Shown here piece by piece: positions 11,523 through 24,912 of a DNA stretch of 64,000 nt. Position 1 is the first letter of the stretch, and each line of letters begins with the position of its first letter. Made by a program: the position numbers and the translations under genes. The notes below the pieces were generated by a model. The model searched no databases and was not told where the DNA came from. It was given only the letters and a program-made list of their open reading frames with translations. Origin of the DNA: a virus (lineage: Duplodnaviria > Caudoviricetes). The stretch lies in the IMG/VR virus record IMGVR_UViG_3300028797_000007, positions 32,001 to 96,000 of that record; one strand, 5' to 3'.

Positions 11523-14500
11523 CTATAATGTATTTTTAAAACTATTTATTTTAATACCTGTTTGGTTACCAATCTCTTTAAACTTGTTAACAAATGCATC
11601 GAATGCTTTTTCTCCATCTTCTACAGAAGACATCGAATCAACATTGAATGAAATATTATCAATAGAAACTGAACTTGCACTATTTCCTGCAATATTATTA
11701 GTACATACTTTATCTAAAACATCTACAAATTTAATAAAATGTTTAGTTTGTAATGCACTTAATACCATCTCTGGATTTTGTGGAGAACCGTCTAACCAAC
11801 TAGGACCTGTATAATTAACTAAGCCGCCATTAGCATGATGTGGCATACTATAAGGATTAACAGGTAAATTAATACCAGTATTTGAACTAAAAGCATTAGT
11901 GTAAGTTGGTAGAATTGAAGTTGATTGTACAGCTTTCCACATTGCTTTAACCGTTTCATTTTGTGTAGGTTTATAAGTATAACTTCCCATAGTACAAATA
12001 CCCAAAGAAGGTATATCCCAACCAGTAAAGGTATATCCACTTCTTGTTAGAGAAGGTAAAGTAAGACTTTCACCTTTTTTAACATATTTAACCTGACAAC
12101 TACCCATGCCAGTGTCTAACTGTATAGTATAAGTTATATTATCACTACTACTATTGCCAGCTCCGGTGCTAGAATAAGTAGAAGTATTGTCTGCTGTTCT
12201 ATATCCTCCACCTACTTGAGAAACTGCTGAGCTAACAGCCTTAGAAATAGCACTACTAGTATCGCTTTGCCAACTTTTAATAGTCTGAATAATTTCTTTA
12301 CTGTTTTTACTCATGCTATTTGTTAGGCTAGTATCTAATTTTTCAATTTGGTTTCTGGTTTCACCAATATTTTCATATATATCGAATATTGATTTTCCAC
12401 CTTCTAAACCAGACATATAAGTTTGATAATTAGTATTCCATTCATCTAATAACTGCTTACGTTGTATCTCGGAAGATGTATTTCATTCATCAGTTTGTCG
12501 TAATAGTTCTGTTAAACGAGTGTCATCTTGCATAACAGATTCATCTAATCAGCCGAATAACCAATCCATATTATCTCATAATTGGTCAAACTCTTCTTGT
12601 AAAGCCTTTTGTTCTTTATCAAGCTTATCTGTTATATCATCAAGCATTTTACTATATTTATCTTCTGCTATATCTTCTAATTTGTCTTCTATGTCTTTTT
12701 GTGCTTTAATAAATTCTATATCTGAAGCCCCAGAAGTATCCATCATTGCTCTTTGTAAATTAGTTTGTAAACCAGATACAGCTTTAGCATTTTCTTGGTC
12801 TTTTCTAGCTTCTTCACGAGCTTTACGTAAATCTTCTATAGCTTCTTTTTCTTTGTCTATGGCTTCTAATTTAGTATCTAATATTTTTTGGTAGATTTCT
12901 TTAACAGCATTTGCTGCCTTATTTTCCATATCAACATATTTATCTACCATTTCTTGCTCTAAATCAATAACTTTCTTTAAGTAAGCTATATATTTGTCAA
13001 AGTCATCTTGTAATTCTTTAAACATATCTGTATAAGTATTATATACATCATCTGCTTTTTGTTTTAAAGTAACTTCTCCATCAGCTGCCTGGTCTTGAAG
13101 ATTTATATATTTTTCCCAATTTATAATAATTTGACCATATTTATCAAAATCAAAAACTCCTTCTAAACCTTCTACTGTATTAATAAAATCTTTATATCCA
13201 TTAGTAAATTGTTTTTGTTCATTTACTAGGAATTCATATTGGTTCATTAATTCTTTATTATAGCTTAATCTTTCTTGTAATAGTTTACCATATTTTTCAC
13301 CCTGAGAAACATCAGCGTAAGTATCCAATGTACTCAATCTATGTTCTAATACTTCAATACGATTTAATATATTATATATTTCTTTAAGCTGACCAATATA
13401 TGTTTCAATCTTTCCACTGTCAGCTTTACCACTACCAAGTTTGCCTAAATCAGAATTATATAAGTTTTCAAGGAATATCATCTGTGCTTCTACATTTTTC
13501 TTTTGAGCTTCTAGACTAGCTCTAGTATTTGATAAACCTTGATTATATTTCCTTAGCGCAGCTGCAGCCTGTTCACGTTGTTCTGTTGTTAATATTTGTT
13601 CTTCGTCAAATCCAGTAGAATCTAAAGCTGTTCCACCTTGCCATTTTATTTTTTCTCTAGCTTTCCATACTTCATTTTTTAATTGACCTATGCTAGTAAA
13701 TTGTCCTGTTAATAATTTATTAAATGCTTCACCAACTGCAGCAACACCGTCTATAGTTTGTGTAGCCCATTGAGCAGAACCTTCTGCCATGTGGTCATAT
13801 GTTATTGCTAAAGCTTGGTCAACCTTAGATTGATTTTTTCCATATTCTATATTTGCTAGACTTTTTGCTTTAGATAATGTAACTTCTGTTTGTGTACTAT
13901 CGGTTAAATAATCAATAGTAGCCTTATTAGCATTTATTTCTGCATCATAAAAAGCTATTTCAGCATCTAGTTCAGCATTTTTAACTTTTAATTTATCAAT
14001 AGTTTGAGCAATTTGAGCTTTAGTAGCAATCTCTTGTATATCTTGTAATGACTTGATTGCATCCCCTTGTGCAGTAATAAGACCTTTGCTTGCATCAAAA
14101 CCTAAATTTAAGTTATCTAATGCTTCGGTATACTTAGTTAAACTAGTAGGGTCTAATTTTGTTATATCTATACTATCTAACACTTCTGTTAAACTAGTAA
14201 ATTCATCTAAAGTCCAAGCACCATTTTCTGCTAATGATTTAGCTAAATCATTTAATGTTCTTAATTTTTCAGAAGCATTATCTAATTCTTTTGATAAATC
14301 TCCCCATGAAATAGCAGCACTATAACCTAATGATTTAAAAGCTTTTTCTTGTATATCTCTAGCTTGCTCAATTAATTTATCTCCTTTAATTGTTCCGTTA
14401 TCAATACCTTCTTGAATTGCATCATATAATGCTCTAACGCCTTCTTCTCCACTCATTTCAAATGCTGCTTCAATTTGAGACATTCGACCTTTTAATGCTG

Positions 14501-17500
14501 AAAAGATTTCTTCGTTACCAGCATCAAATAAACCGAAATTATCTAATTGAGATGCAGTATCTGGCTTCATTTGGCGGATAACATCTCGCATATCTTCTAA
14601 TATTCTTAACTTTTCTTGTAGCTCTTCTTTTTTTCCGAAAATAGCGAATTTTGATGCCTTCTCTGTATCATCAATACGAGTACCAATATTTTCTATAGCT
14701 TGACGAACATTTAATTGACTACCTTGATACATACTATCAAACATAGCATTACGCATTGCTTCTATATCTTCTTTAGAAGCTTTTGTTTGTTGTTGGAATT
14801 TCTTTAAATACGCCTCTACTTTGTCTTCCATTTCTCCGTAAGTTTTTTCAGTAGTTTCTGTTCCTAACTTATCTGTTTCAATAAACAAATCTTCTAAATA
14901 CTTGCCGTATTTTTCTTTATACTTTTCATACTTCTCTTCTAAAGCAGTACCATAATCAAACTTTTCCAATTCTTTTTTAGACATGTTGTCTACATCAGCT
15001 TGGACAGCATCTTTAGCTCTATCTTTAATCGCATTTTGGAATGTACGCTTAGTATTTGTTGATGCTAGTATTTTACCAGTTTCGTCTACAGTATTTTCAT
15101 TTATGGTATCGTTTAAATCGCCCATAAATGACATATACATATCTTTATATTCTTCAAAATGTTTCTTTAAATTTTCCTTTGCTTCTTTTAAATGTTTTTC
15201 TTGAGATTTTTTATACAAATAACTTCCAAGAATAGGTGAGAAAAGTGGACCAGCTAAATTACTTGCAACACCTATTCCTAGGCTTTCCCAGAAACCGGTT
15301 TTAGCAGTTTTTTTAGTCATTTTTTGTTGTGCCTTTACTATTTCGTCTTTTTGTTTTTCTCGCTCCTCTTTTTGTTCTTTTAAGTATTCTTCATATTCTT
15401 CTCTATTTATAATTTTATTGCCATATCTATCTGTTAAAACATCCAAATCAGCAGCATCTGCCATTTGTTGAATTAAATCGTTAAGTTCTTCTTGCTCATC
15501 TGCAGTTTTCGCTATTTTATTACTTAATTTATCATAACGGTCTAATAAACTTTCAGCTGCCCTTATTCCTACATTTAAAGCTTCGAAACCTTCAGCTAAA
15601 TCTCCTACAGCTTCATTACATTCCTCTAAAGCTTTTTTATTCTTACCAAATTCAGAAATCATAGATTTAACAAGAGCTGTTACTGCAGTTACTGCTAAAG
15701 CTATTGCTTGTAATATAAGTCCTATAGGGGTTGCTTCTATAGCAGCATTAGCAGCCTGTATAGCGACAACTATGGCAGCTAGTGCAGCAGTTATACCAAT
15801 AACCGCTTGACCCATACTATCATCTAAAGCATCAAAAGCTCCTACAATAGTAATTACTATTCCTACTACACCAGTAGCTAACTGAGCAGTAGCTTGAGCT
15901 GATTCCATAGCTAATTTTTTCTCTTCTGCTGTAACCTGTCTTACTCCCTTAGCATATTGTTCATGAGCTTGCTCTGCTTGAGCTAATTCTATTTTATATT
16001 GTTCAAGTTGCGCCCTGCTTTCCGCTATAGCTGCAGTTAATTGTTGTTGTGTAGATACGTCTTCAGGTTTTGCTGCAGCCAATTTAGCTGTATTACTTGC
16101 TATAGAATCTTCTGTAGCAGAAATTTTTGATTTTAAATCTTTAATTTTAGAAGCTTGCTTAGTCATTTTTAAATATTGACTATATGCTTTGATATTATCT
16201 TTAAAAGCTAAAGTAGAACTTTTTAAAGTCTTTATACTATTCTTCCATTTATCAGTTTGAGCCATTAAAGCAGACCCTAAATTTGCTATCTTATCTTTTA
16301 ACTTAATAACTACAGCGGCCAAAGCTCCAACTACTAGAATTGCCCTAGCCCCATCGTCACTAAGAGTGTCCATAACTTTTGTTAAAGTATTTAAAATACC
16401 AATAAACATATCTGAATTAGTTAATGTCGCTAAGAATTTTTGCCAACTATTAACTAATTTTTGGATAGAAGCATCCAAACTATTCATAGCTTTGGCGTGC
16501 ATTAATGTTTGCATTCCAGCACTGTCTTGAGATACTTTAGATAATTCTAGCGCTCTGTCCCAGTTTTGCATTAATGAAATAAAACGAGATTGTTGACGAG
16601 TACCAGCAATAACTGTTCCTAGGTATGCTTGGGTATTTCTATCTAATGAATTCCACTTAGGTCCCAATTCTTCTAATACTTCTTCCAAATCTCTTAATTG
16701 GTTATTATCATCTCTTAAAGCAATACCAACAGATTTTAATGCTTTTTCTACAGCGTTTACATCTGCATCTCCATCTTCACTAGTACCAGCTTCTTTTATT
16801 TGTTGGAATCTAGCCATGATTGTTTTCATTGAAGTACCTATGTTTTCTGGGGCTTCACGTGTTACTTCTATCATTGTTGCTAAATACCCTAAATAATTAT
16901 CCATACTAATACCAGCTTGATTAGCTTGAGAAGCACCTTTTTCAAATGCTGTTGATAATTCATTAATACTAGCAGCTGATTTTGCAGCTACGGCATTAAA
17001 TTTATCGGCTACGTCTATAGCTCCTTCTACACCTACACGATATCCATTAACAGCTGCGGTTAACTTATCTGCAGCATCTGCAACGGTAATACCAGCTACT
17101 TTGGCAAATTGGGCTGTAACTTCAGTCATTTCTAATACTTCTTCTTTTCCTAAACCTTGTTGGAAGAAAATAACCGATGCTTGAGCTATATCATCTATTG
17201 CCATACCAGTTTGTCTAGATAATCGAATAAAGTCACTTGTCAAATTTTGAGTTTGTTTTCTACTTAAATTAGATACTACAGAAATTTCAGTTAAGGCTTT
17301 ATCTAAAGACTTATAGAAATTAAATGATGCTGTTGCTAATTGTTTTAACTCACGGACAACCCATCCCGCACTAAATACAACACCAAATTCCGCTAATACT
17401 TCTTTAAAAGAACGTGAAGCATCTTCTAATGCTTTCATATTATTATCTTGCTCATTTAAACTTTCTTCTGCCGCAGTTTCCATAGCTTTGTATGCGCTTG

Positions 17501-18317
17501 TAATTTCTTTTAAAACTTCTAATAAAGAAGTGGCGTTTATAGTAGATTCTTTGAATTCATCTGGACCAATAACATTAGTTTGAACCTTTTGTATATTGGC
17601 ATTAATTTCGCTCATCGCTGCTGCAATTTCTTCTTTAGTACCCTTCTGTAAACCAGCTTTACTTATTTTTTTACTTAATGCTGCATCTATCGCATCAATT
17701 TGTTTTTGAAGTTGTGCCAATTGCTCTATCTTAGGAGCCATACTAGCTAACCAACTAACATCTCTGCTATTTAATTTATTGCCATCATTTTTTTGCTTAC
17801 TTAAACGTCCATAACGTTGAAGAGTATCTCCCAAATCATTACTACTAGTTCTTTTGCCCATAATACCAGAAACTTGTTGTAATACATTGGCTCTATTATC
17901 TTTTAAAGCGCTGATATCATTAGCCGCTTTTTTTAGTCTATTTAATTCTCTAGTTAAATTAGCTAATCCCTCTATACCATCTTGATTTGCCTTAGAGCTA
18001 AAGCTATTACGCATACTAGTTTTAAAATTATTAATTTGTTGCTGTGTAGCTTTTAACTCAGATTCGAATCCTCCTAAAACTGATTTAATTTGTTTAGAAG
18101 AAGTACCTGGCTGAGATATGGTTTTTATCATGTCTTTGTAATTATTAATGAAAGTCTTTAATCCTTTTTCTAAATCATTAATATATGACATGCTTTTAGA
18201 GTTAGACCCACCAAAATCTAATTTTAATTTAGATAAATTAGACTGCATTTGTTTTACCAAAGAGTCTACATTTGATGTAAAATTAATATTATACGTTATT
18301 TTTTTGTCTCCTCGCAT
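11523..18317 (-). CDS. Tail tape measure protein, 2264 aa (TGA=Trp)
   Basis: 12576..18317 and 11523..12416 joined across 3 TGA; TP901-type core (TREAPENIGTSMKTIMAR, IAGTRQQSRF); C-terminal HANGGLV...GPS motif. Confidence 0.92.
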
Positions 18318-18354
18318 TCCCTATTCACCTCTCTCTTCAACAAAAAAAATCAGC

Positions 18355-18921
18355 CTAGGCTGATTTATCTTCTTTGTTATTATTGTTGTTATCTTTTATA
18401 AACTTATTAACTAAATCTTGTAATTTATCATTTACCTCTGCTATTTGTTCTTGCTTAGCTTCTTCTGTAGCTGCAACTCTTTCTTTTGTAGCTGAATCTT
18501 TAAGAGCTGTTGCTGATAAAATTATATCTGATATTACATTAGTATCCATACTACCTAATTCTTTTAAAACTTTTTTAATAGCAAAAATAAATTTACCAGA
18601 AATTTCTATATCTCTTTCTTTATAATTATAGACATCTTCTACGATATCATATAAATATTCTTTATTATCTTTTAATAATTTATCTATAAAAGGTTCAATA
18701 ATATTCTTACTAAAATCTATACTAGACATTTCAGAGTTATTGTATAAATCTATAACATCTTCATTACAAGCATTAGATGCCACTGCTATCATCGCTATAG
18801 TTGTTATTCCTGCAGTTGTAAAATTTTCCTCTTCTCCTAATAAAGCAATTGTATCTAATACTATTTGATATTTTTGAGCATTAGAACTTAAATCATATCC
18901 TTCTTTTAATGTTAATTCCAT
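18355..18921 (-). CDS. Hypothetical protein, possible tail assembly chaperone
   Basis: Intact ORF with RBS directly upstream of the TMP. Confidence 0.55.
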   Translation of the reverse strand: MELTLKEGYDLSSNAQKYQIVLDTIALLGEEENFTTAGITTIAMIAVASNACNEDVIDLYNNSEMSSIDFSKNIIEPFIDKLLKDNKEYLYDIVEDVYNYKERDIEISGKFIFAIKKVLKELGSMDTNVISDIILSATALKDSATKERVAATEEAKQEQIAEVNDKLQDLVNKFIKDNNNNNKEDKSA

Positions 18922-18923
18922 AT

Positions 18924-19946
18924 CTATTTCCCTCCTTTGGTTTTATTGCCATATCACAGGCTATATTTATTTTCCCATAATCCTTGTATCAAACTAATCT
19001 TTTTACGCTCCCAACCTTTAGAACTTACTTCTTGTAAAAAAGCTCCATAGTCTTCAACTCCAGTAGATTCTAATTTAGTTGGCGTTAATATAGGATTACT
19101 ATAATTACGTAATTGCAATCACTTTTCTAGTCCATTCGTATCAGTAGTCTTCTCAGTAGTTTTCCTAATAAAATCACTAAATAACAAAATTTTTTCTCCG
19201 TCTTCTATAAAAGGGAAGAACTCTTTGTATTTATTTAATAAAAAATCATTACACTGTTGTTCCACAACCTCCTCAACAATATGAAAAACTATCTCTTTTT
19301 TATTTTTATCAACGCTAAACCAAATTGAATCTAAAATTGGTTTTATATATTGACTTTCTAACGTTCCTATTTTAAAAATTTCGATATAGTTCTTAACTTC
19401 TGAACGTACTTGTCTTCTGTTATTAACAGAAGGTAACTTAATTGCTATATCTAATTTTCCTTCAGAATAAGCACCTCTGTTAAATTCATGTGTATTAATT
19501 GTTACAGAATCTGGGTCCAATTTTTTAGCTCAAGCATGTCTTCTAATTGTTACTAATAGTTCTTTCTTTAAACCCTCAATCTGATTAGGAGAAAGTACTT
19601 TTTTATTATTAGAAAATTGCCCTGTGCTTAATGTTTCAATTAAGGATTGTATACCCAAATCCTCCATTATTTCTAAACCATATCCTTTTTTATAAATTAC
19701 ATCTTTCAAAGAATTAGTTAAATCTTGCCAATCTATGTCATCAGGCTCCAATTGGTATCCTTGAAGCGAAAGCATTTGCCTTAACTCTTCCTTCCAATTT
19801 TCATTATTTTGAGTAATCTTAGTTTTAGGTAATTTATTTAACTCTCTTAATTCATGATATATATCTTTTTCATGTTGTTCTACTCTAGGCAAAATGGTAG
19901 TTAAAATATATGGTGCATATTCATGAACAATTTCATATCCATTCAT
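18924..19946 (-). CDS. Hypothetical protein (TGA=Trp)
   Basis: 19530..19946 and 19119..19520 in frame across TGA; continues to TAG at 18924. Confidence 0.7.
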
Positions 19947-20242
19947 TAATCAACCACCACCTTAATTACATAATCTTCTGGACGAATCTGCATTTTTTTT
20001 AATTGGTAATAATTAAAATATCTTTTATCTCCTACTGGTTGATATTGACCTGGTCGTTTACCATTCATATATTCTTCAGATTTTTTAACAGATTTAACGT
20101 TTATCGCCTCTTCATAATAATTCATTGGATTGGCTCCATACGGTAATTCATATTCATATAATATACCATTGGCCCCCAATCTTCTAACACTTAATGTTCT
20201 ATCTATTTTAGCATTTCAATCATTTATAGTTCATTTACCCAT
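19946..20242 (-). CDS. Hypothetical protein (TGA=Trp)
   Basis: ATG at 20242: MGK(W)TIND(W)NAK... in frame with track ORF 19946..20179. Confidence 0.65.
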
Positions 20243-20243
20243 A

Positions 20244-21077
20244 TTAAATCACCACTATGGTTGCTATATCTTTATTTAATTCTTCACCCGTAGCTATAGA
20301 TTTTACACGTATAGGTGTAAATGATGCTTTACTACTATCATTAATTGATAATACCATGTCAGTATCAATCTGAACTTTATCACAATGAATATAAACCGTA
20401 TGTTTATCATCATTTTTTAAATCTACAGCATCTATGTAAATATCCATAGCAGCAAATATATTATTATGAACTTGCTTTACTTTTGTAATAGAAGAAGCCT
20501 CTATTAAATAATTATAAGTAACAAAATATTTGTCACCTTCTTTAGCATTAAAAACATGTAAGAACCATTGTCTTGGTTCATTATCAGAAACACATAATTC
20601 ATATTCATCTACATTTAATAAAGTGTTTTCATTATCCTCAACTTTATAAACATAAAACTTATCATTACCTGGAGATAATTCAGGTTTGGCTGTAAGTTTA
20701 GAATATCCTTGTTTATCAGTTTCTAAATACTCATTTCCTCTTATTTTAGTATTTCCTGGCTCCTCATCATTTAACCCGTATATATAACTTCATAAAGCAT
20801 ATAATACAGAGCCTTCATTAATTATAAAATCTATATGATTTGTTATCCCAGCCGTGCCAATATGACCTTGAGCATCTTGTGCTGTTACAGGTTTAGAAAC
20901 AAATGATAAATTAGATAACGCTGGATTGTTTATAATCATTATAGGCTCTCCAACCTCAAAATCACCATACTCTATACCTTTTTCTTGAGGATTAACTCTA
21001 TTTTGTCTTATAACAGCCCCCTCAGGTTTACTTAAAATAATTTGAGAAACTTCTTGCATTCTTAATTGTTCTAACAT
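20244..21077 (-). CDS. Structural protein, possible tail-tube paralogue (TGA=Trp)
   Basis: 20790..21077 and 20244..20447 joined across a single TGA; no TAA/TAG between them. Confidence 0.65.
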
Positions 21078-21196
21078 ATCATCGTCCCTCCTCTAAAATT
21101 ATAGTAGTAGAAAAGTTCCTTTTCTTCACTTTCCATTCTACTAACACTATATTATCATAAAATAGTACTTTTGTCAAGTAAAAATTGCAAAAAAAA

Positions 21197-21222
21197 TAAG
21201 AGAGAAGATTTCTCTTCTCTCT
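21197..21222 (-). terminator. Intrinsic terminator after the major tail gene
   Basis: AGAGAGAAGA/TCTTCTCTCT hairpin with a T-run on the minus strand. Confidence 0.7.
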
Positions 21223-21230
21223 AGTTATTA

Positions 21231-22205
21231 TTACATACTAGCTGGGTCAACTGGGTCGTAGTTTTCATCTAATGGATAAACTTTTCCAGTGTCAGTTAAA
21301 TGTCCATCAACAGAGTCAACTGTAACTTCTTTAGCTGGTACACGTTTAAATGAACCATCATATTGTCCGTAAGTTTCGTCTCCAGATTTTCCTTCTTGAC
21401 GTAATTGTCTGAATTTAATCATTTGTCCTTCGTCATCTCTTAAAGCTTTTCCTTTGAATGAGAATACTACAGCTTCTGTAGCAGCATTTAAGTTAAATGA
21501 GAATGAACTGTCAAGTTTTAATTTAGGAATTTCAATTTGGAAGATGTCATTTAATCCAGTATATTGGTTAAATAATAATGTATCACCAATAAATTTGTAT
21601 GTTCCAGCAAATTTATCAGCTAAAACTGTGATTTCAGTTAATTCTTCAGTTTTTGTTGGGAATCCCATTTCATATTCATAGAATACTCTGAAAGTAGCAT
21701 CTCCAACGATGCTGTCTTCTTTGTAGTTATGGAAATCACTAAATGAAATAGTATCAGTTTCTTCTTCTAGAGCATTTTCAGTTCTAGTAGCAGTTGATAA
21801 AATACCATTTATCATTTCAGCAATATAAACATAAGAACCTTTACGAGCTTTTCTACCTAATACGATAGTTTGTGCACCATCAGCTACGTGTACTAATTCA
21901 CTTTCCATCATAACGATTTTTTCTTCATTAGTACCTTCTCTTAATTCACCACCAGTTAATACTGCTAATGAACTCATAGTCATAATAGCGTCATCAAATT
22001 GAACATTGATAGCTTTAGAGTGAGATACAGAAGCTAATGTTGGGTTACCTTTACCACCTTGGATATCAGTAACTTCAGCAGTACCTTCAAGAGTAGTAAC
22101 TTTTAATGTATCGAAATACATTACTGGATATTTAGTAACTAAATCGTATAATGTAACATCACAAACAGTAACTGAAGCATATTTTCTTCCTTGAATATCT
22201 AACAT
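21231..22205 (-). CDS. Major tail (tube) protein
   Basis: Intact ORF with highly biased codons; FDTLKVTTLE...GGKGNP motif; followed by a terminator. Confidence 0.75.
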   Translation of the reverse strand: MLDIQGRKYASVTVCDVTLYDLVTKYPVMYFDTLKVTTLEGTAEVTDIQGGKGNPTLASVSHSKAINVQFDDAIMTMSSLAVLTGGELREGTNEEKIVMMESELVHVADGAQTIVLGRKARKGSYVYIAEMINGILSTATRTENALEEETDTISFSDFHNYKEDSIVGDATFRVFYEYEMGFPTKTEELTEITVLADKFAGTYKFIGDTLLFNQYTGLNDIFQIEIPKLKLDSSFSFNLNAATEAVVFSFKGKALRDDEGQMIKFRQLRQEGKSGDETYGQYDGSFKRVPAKEVTVDSVDGHLTDTGKVYPLDENYDPVDPASM

Positions 22206-22228
22206 CTTATATACCTCCTAAGTTATTG

Positions 22229-22960
22229 TTAATCTAGCCAAAATTTATTAGTATCTTGGCCATCTTCAGAACTTATGTATGGACTTAATTGAGTCCTTAA
22301 TTCAAAAGATTGAATATCTACATATTTCTGTAGGAGCATATTAAATTGTAGCATGGTCATATTATACACTTGCTCAAATGTATAGCCTCCGACAGCAACC
22401 AAGCCTAGAATCTTATTACCTAAATAATCTTCAGGTTTTTTATTAGGATTCTTTGTTTCTTCTATTTTCTGCTCGCTCATTTTCATCTTGCGAATCATTT
22501 CGCGCTCGCGCTCAGACATATGTTCATTTTCATGATATTGTCCGCCTTCTTCTGAAGCACTTGAATCAGGCAATGAACGTTCACATATCTCTTTCATAAG
22601 AAAATAGAAAGTATTGTCTAGAATTATTCCAGACTCCCTCTCCCCTATATATATAGTGCCACTAACATCAAAAAACTCTACTTTTGACTTTAAAAAAGTT
22701 TCACATGATAATTTTAATTGTTTTTTTAATATAGGACTTGACATAATATAAAGTTTTCATACTTCATAATCATCTAAGGTCTTACTCATATCTGTTTCTT
22801 GATTAATTATATCGCTTCTTTTTAGAAGTCATAAATTAATCAATGCCCAATATGTGTATTCCCCCATATCCACAATTTCTTGCAATGTGGGTTGATAATA
22901 ATATATATCTTGTGTAATTAGTATTGGTTTACCACTTAAAACTTTTGCTAAACTAATCAT
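22229..22960 (-). CDS. Hypothetical tail/neck-region protein (TGA=Trp)
   Basis: ATG at 22960 overlaps the upstream stop; 2 TGA before the track ORF start at 22744. Confidence 0.65.
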
Positions 22961-23450
22961 CTATTACAGCTTCATATATCATTCTATATCCTAGTAAAAT
23001 GTCTGATAATTGAGCATTTACTATACTAACACAACGATATTTTACTCCTCCAGTTTGAGTTAATTCATATTTCATTAAATTACTAATTACATGAGCTATA
23101 TTTAAAGGTCTAATACCTTCATTTATAATCCATTGATTTCCTGGAGTAAAAATATCTATTGCTATACTTGGATGAAGGGTATCTGTTTTTGCAGATTCCT
23201 CAGCTGATATCAAAGATATAACAACTATACTTCCTTCATCTTCATCAAAAGGTAGAAGAGGCACTCTTGATATTTGAGTATCTCTTAAATCTTTTGTAAC
23301 GTCTTCTTTTCTTTCTAAAGGTTTTTTATCAGTATATACCAATAATTTCTTTAATTCTTGGCAATTATTAAATACTGTAATCATACGATAGATATCATTA
23401 TTGACATCTAAGAAGCTATCTGTTTCCATGACGTTCTTATTTAATATCAT
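22953..23450 (-). CDS. Putative tail-completion/neck protein
   Basis: Intact ORF; position in the head-tail joining cluster. Confidence 0.5.
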   Translation of the reverse strand: MILNKNVMETDSFLDVNNDIYRMITVFNNCQELKKLLVYTDKKPLERKEDVTKDLRDTQISRVPLLPFDEDEGSIVVISLISAEESAKTDTLHPSIAIDIFTPGNQWIINEGIRPLNIAHVISNLMKYELTQTGGVKYRCVSIVNAQLSDILLGYRMIYEAVIDD

Positions 23451-23459
23451 AAGTACCTC

Positions 23460-24665
23460 CTATACTGTTCTTATATAAACTGTCTTTTCAATTATTCCTT
23501 GAGGAGTTTCTGCCGTAATAACAAAAGTACCCGAATACTTATCTTTAATACTAATAGTAACATTAGTATCTGTAATATCGATAGTTTTTCTTATCTTAGA
23601 GAATGTCTCTACACCAAATACGGCTGCACTTCCATCTGATAATTGATAAGTTTGTGATGTATTCCATTCAATATAATCATCACCAGTTATATATAATTTA
23701 ATTTCTTGTTGAGTATGTTCTCCTGATACTTCTATAGGAATATTTATAAAAATTGTTTCATTACGAGCTAGGGCAACTGTTATAATAGCAGTTCCTAATC
23801 CTCTACCTATCAATCTTCCTCCATCTACTTGGATTATATTTTCATCAGAAGATGATAAAATTACGTCTTCTTCTACTTCTATTCCATCTTTTAATACTAA
23901 TACAGGTAATTCCATAACATCTCCTGCATATAGTTTTGTATCATCAGTTAATTTATTCTTAATTACATATTCATATACATCATCATATGCTATTCCATTT
24001 ACTATATCATCAGTATCTAATAATTTATCATCAACAAATGATAAAATAGATACATTATCAATAGAAACATTATCCACATTTGTAACTCTATAAGCTTGTC
24101 CATTTATAATGAATCTCATTTCTGGATGTAACTCTAAATTTTGTTGAGTAGCAGCCATCATATTCCAATCAGTATCATGTAAAATAATGTTATCAAATTT
24201 TCTATTTACATCAGGAGTGACTCCTAAAGCATTTGTAATACGACCAGAACGGATATAAGCTGGTTGAATATGTAATTCTCTTGTATCTTTATCTATCCAT
24301 TTTAAATAACCTGTACAACGGTAAGCGATTCCATTGAAGCCAGGTTGGTCAGGACGAAACATCTTTTTAAGTAATATCCAATCGTTATCGTCCCATTTGA
24401 ATAATACTCCTTTCTCTAAACCAACTTCTAACGGAGCAATAACATTTGCTGCTTCATATTCTTGAGTTGTTTTAGTAGAAAGAATTGCCACTTCGTGGTC
24501 TTTATAAGTTTTATCATTTTTATTATAAACAGAAATGGTAAAACCATATTGGCTATCTTCTATTAATGAACTAATACTTTCTTTTACTTTAGTTTTAACG
24601 TATTCTCTCTTAGTGTTCCCTTTAAAATGAACTCTATCCTTGTATTCCTCGTAAAGAGTCAACAT
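23460..24665 (-). CDS. Head-closure-like protein with Ig-like C-terminal domain
   Basis: Intact 401-aa ORF; SSSDENIIQVDGG..GRGLGTAIITV is a Big_2-like motif. Confidence 0.55.
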   Translation of the reverse strand: MLTLYEEYKDRVHFKGNTKREYVKTKVKESISSLIEDSQYGFTISVYNKNDKTYKDHEVAILSTKTTQEYEAANVIAPLEVGLEKGVLFKWDDNDWILLKKMFRPDQPGFNGIAYRCTGYLKWIDKDTRELHIQPAYIRSGRITNALGVTPDVNRKFDNIILHDTDWNMMAATQQNLELHPEMRFIINGQAYRVTNVDNVSIDNVSILSFVDDKLLDTDDIVNGIAYDDVYEYVIKNKLTDDTKLYAGDVMELPVLVLKDGIEVEEDVILSSSDENIIQVDGGRLIGRGLGTAIITVALARNETIFINIPIEVSGEHTQQEIKLYITGDDYIEWNTSQTYQLSDGSAAVFGVETFSKIRKTIDITDTNVTISIKDKYSGTFVITAETPQGIIEKTVYIRTV

Positions 24666-24894
24666 AATTAATTACCTCAAATATAGTTTGTCTAAAATTA
24701 GTGTAATCTATATATTTTAAAGTTATAATCTTTAAAACTATAGTTCCTTTTACGTCTTCAGGCATAAAAGTATTAAAAGTAATTTCGCTTAATAATTCAT
24801 CATATATAGTATGCCAATGTTTGCCTTCTTCTCTCCAACATAACATTTTATATAGGCTTGAAATGATATGTTTATAGATAACACTTGTATCCAT
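24634..24894 (-). CDS. Hypothetical protein
   Basis: Intact ORF with RBS within the operon. Confidence 0.65.
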   Translation of the reverse strand: MDTSVIYKHIISSLYKMLCWREEGKHWHTIYDELLSEITFNTFMPEDVKGTIVLKIITLKYIDYTNFRQTIFEVINYVDSLRGIQG

Positions 24895-24912
24895 ATGCTT
24901 CCCTCCTAATTA

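Noticed and set aside
18341-18363. Tail chaperone programmed frameshift at the T-run
   Set aside because: The T-run lies after the TAG stop and follows a palindrome, so it is more terminator-like
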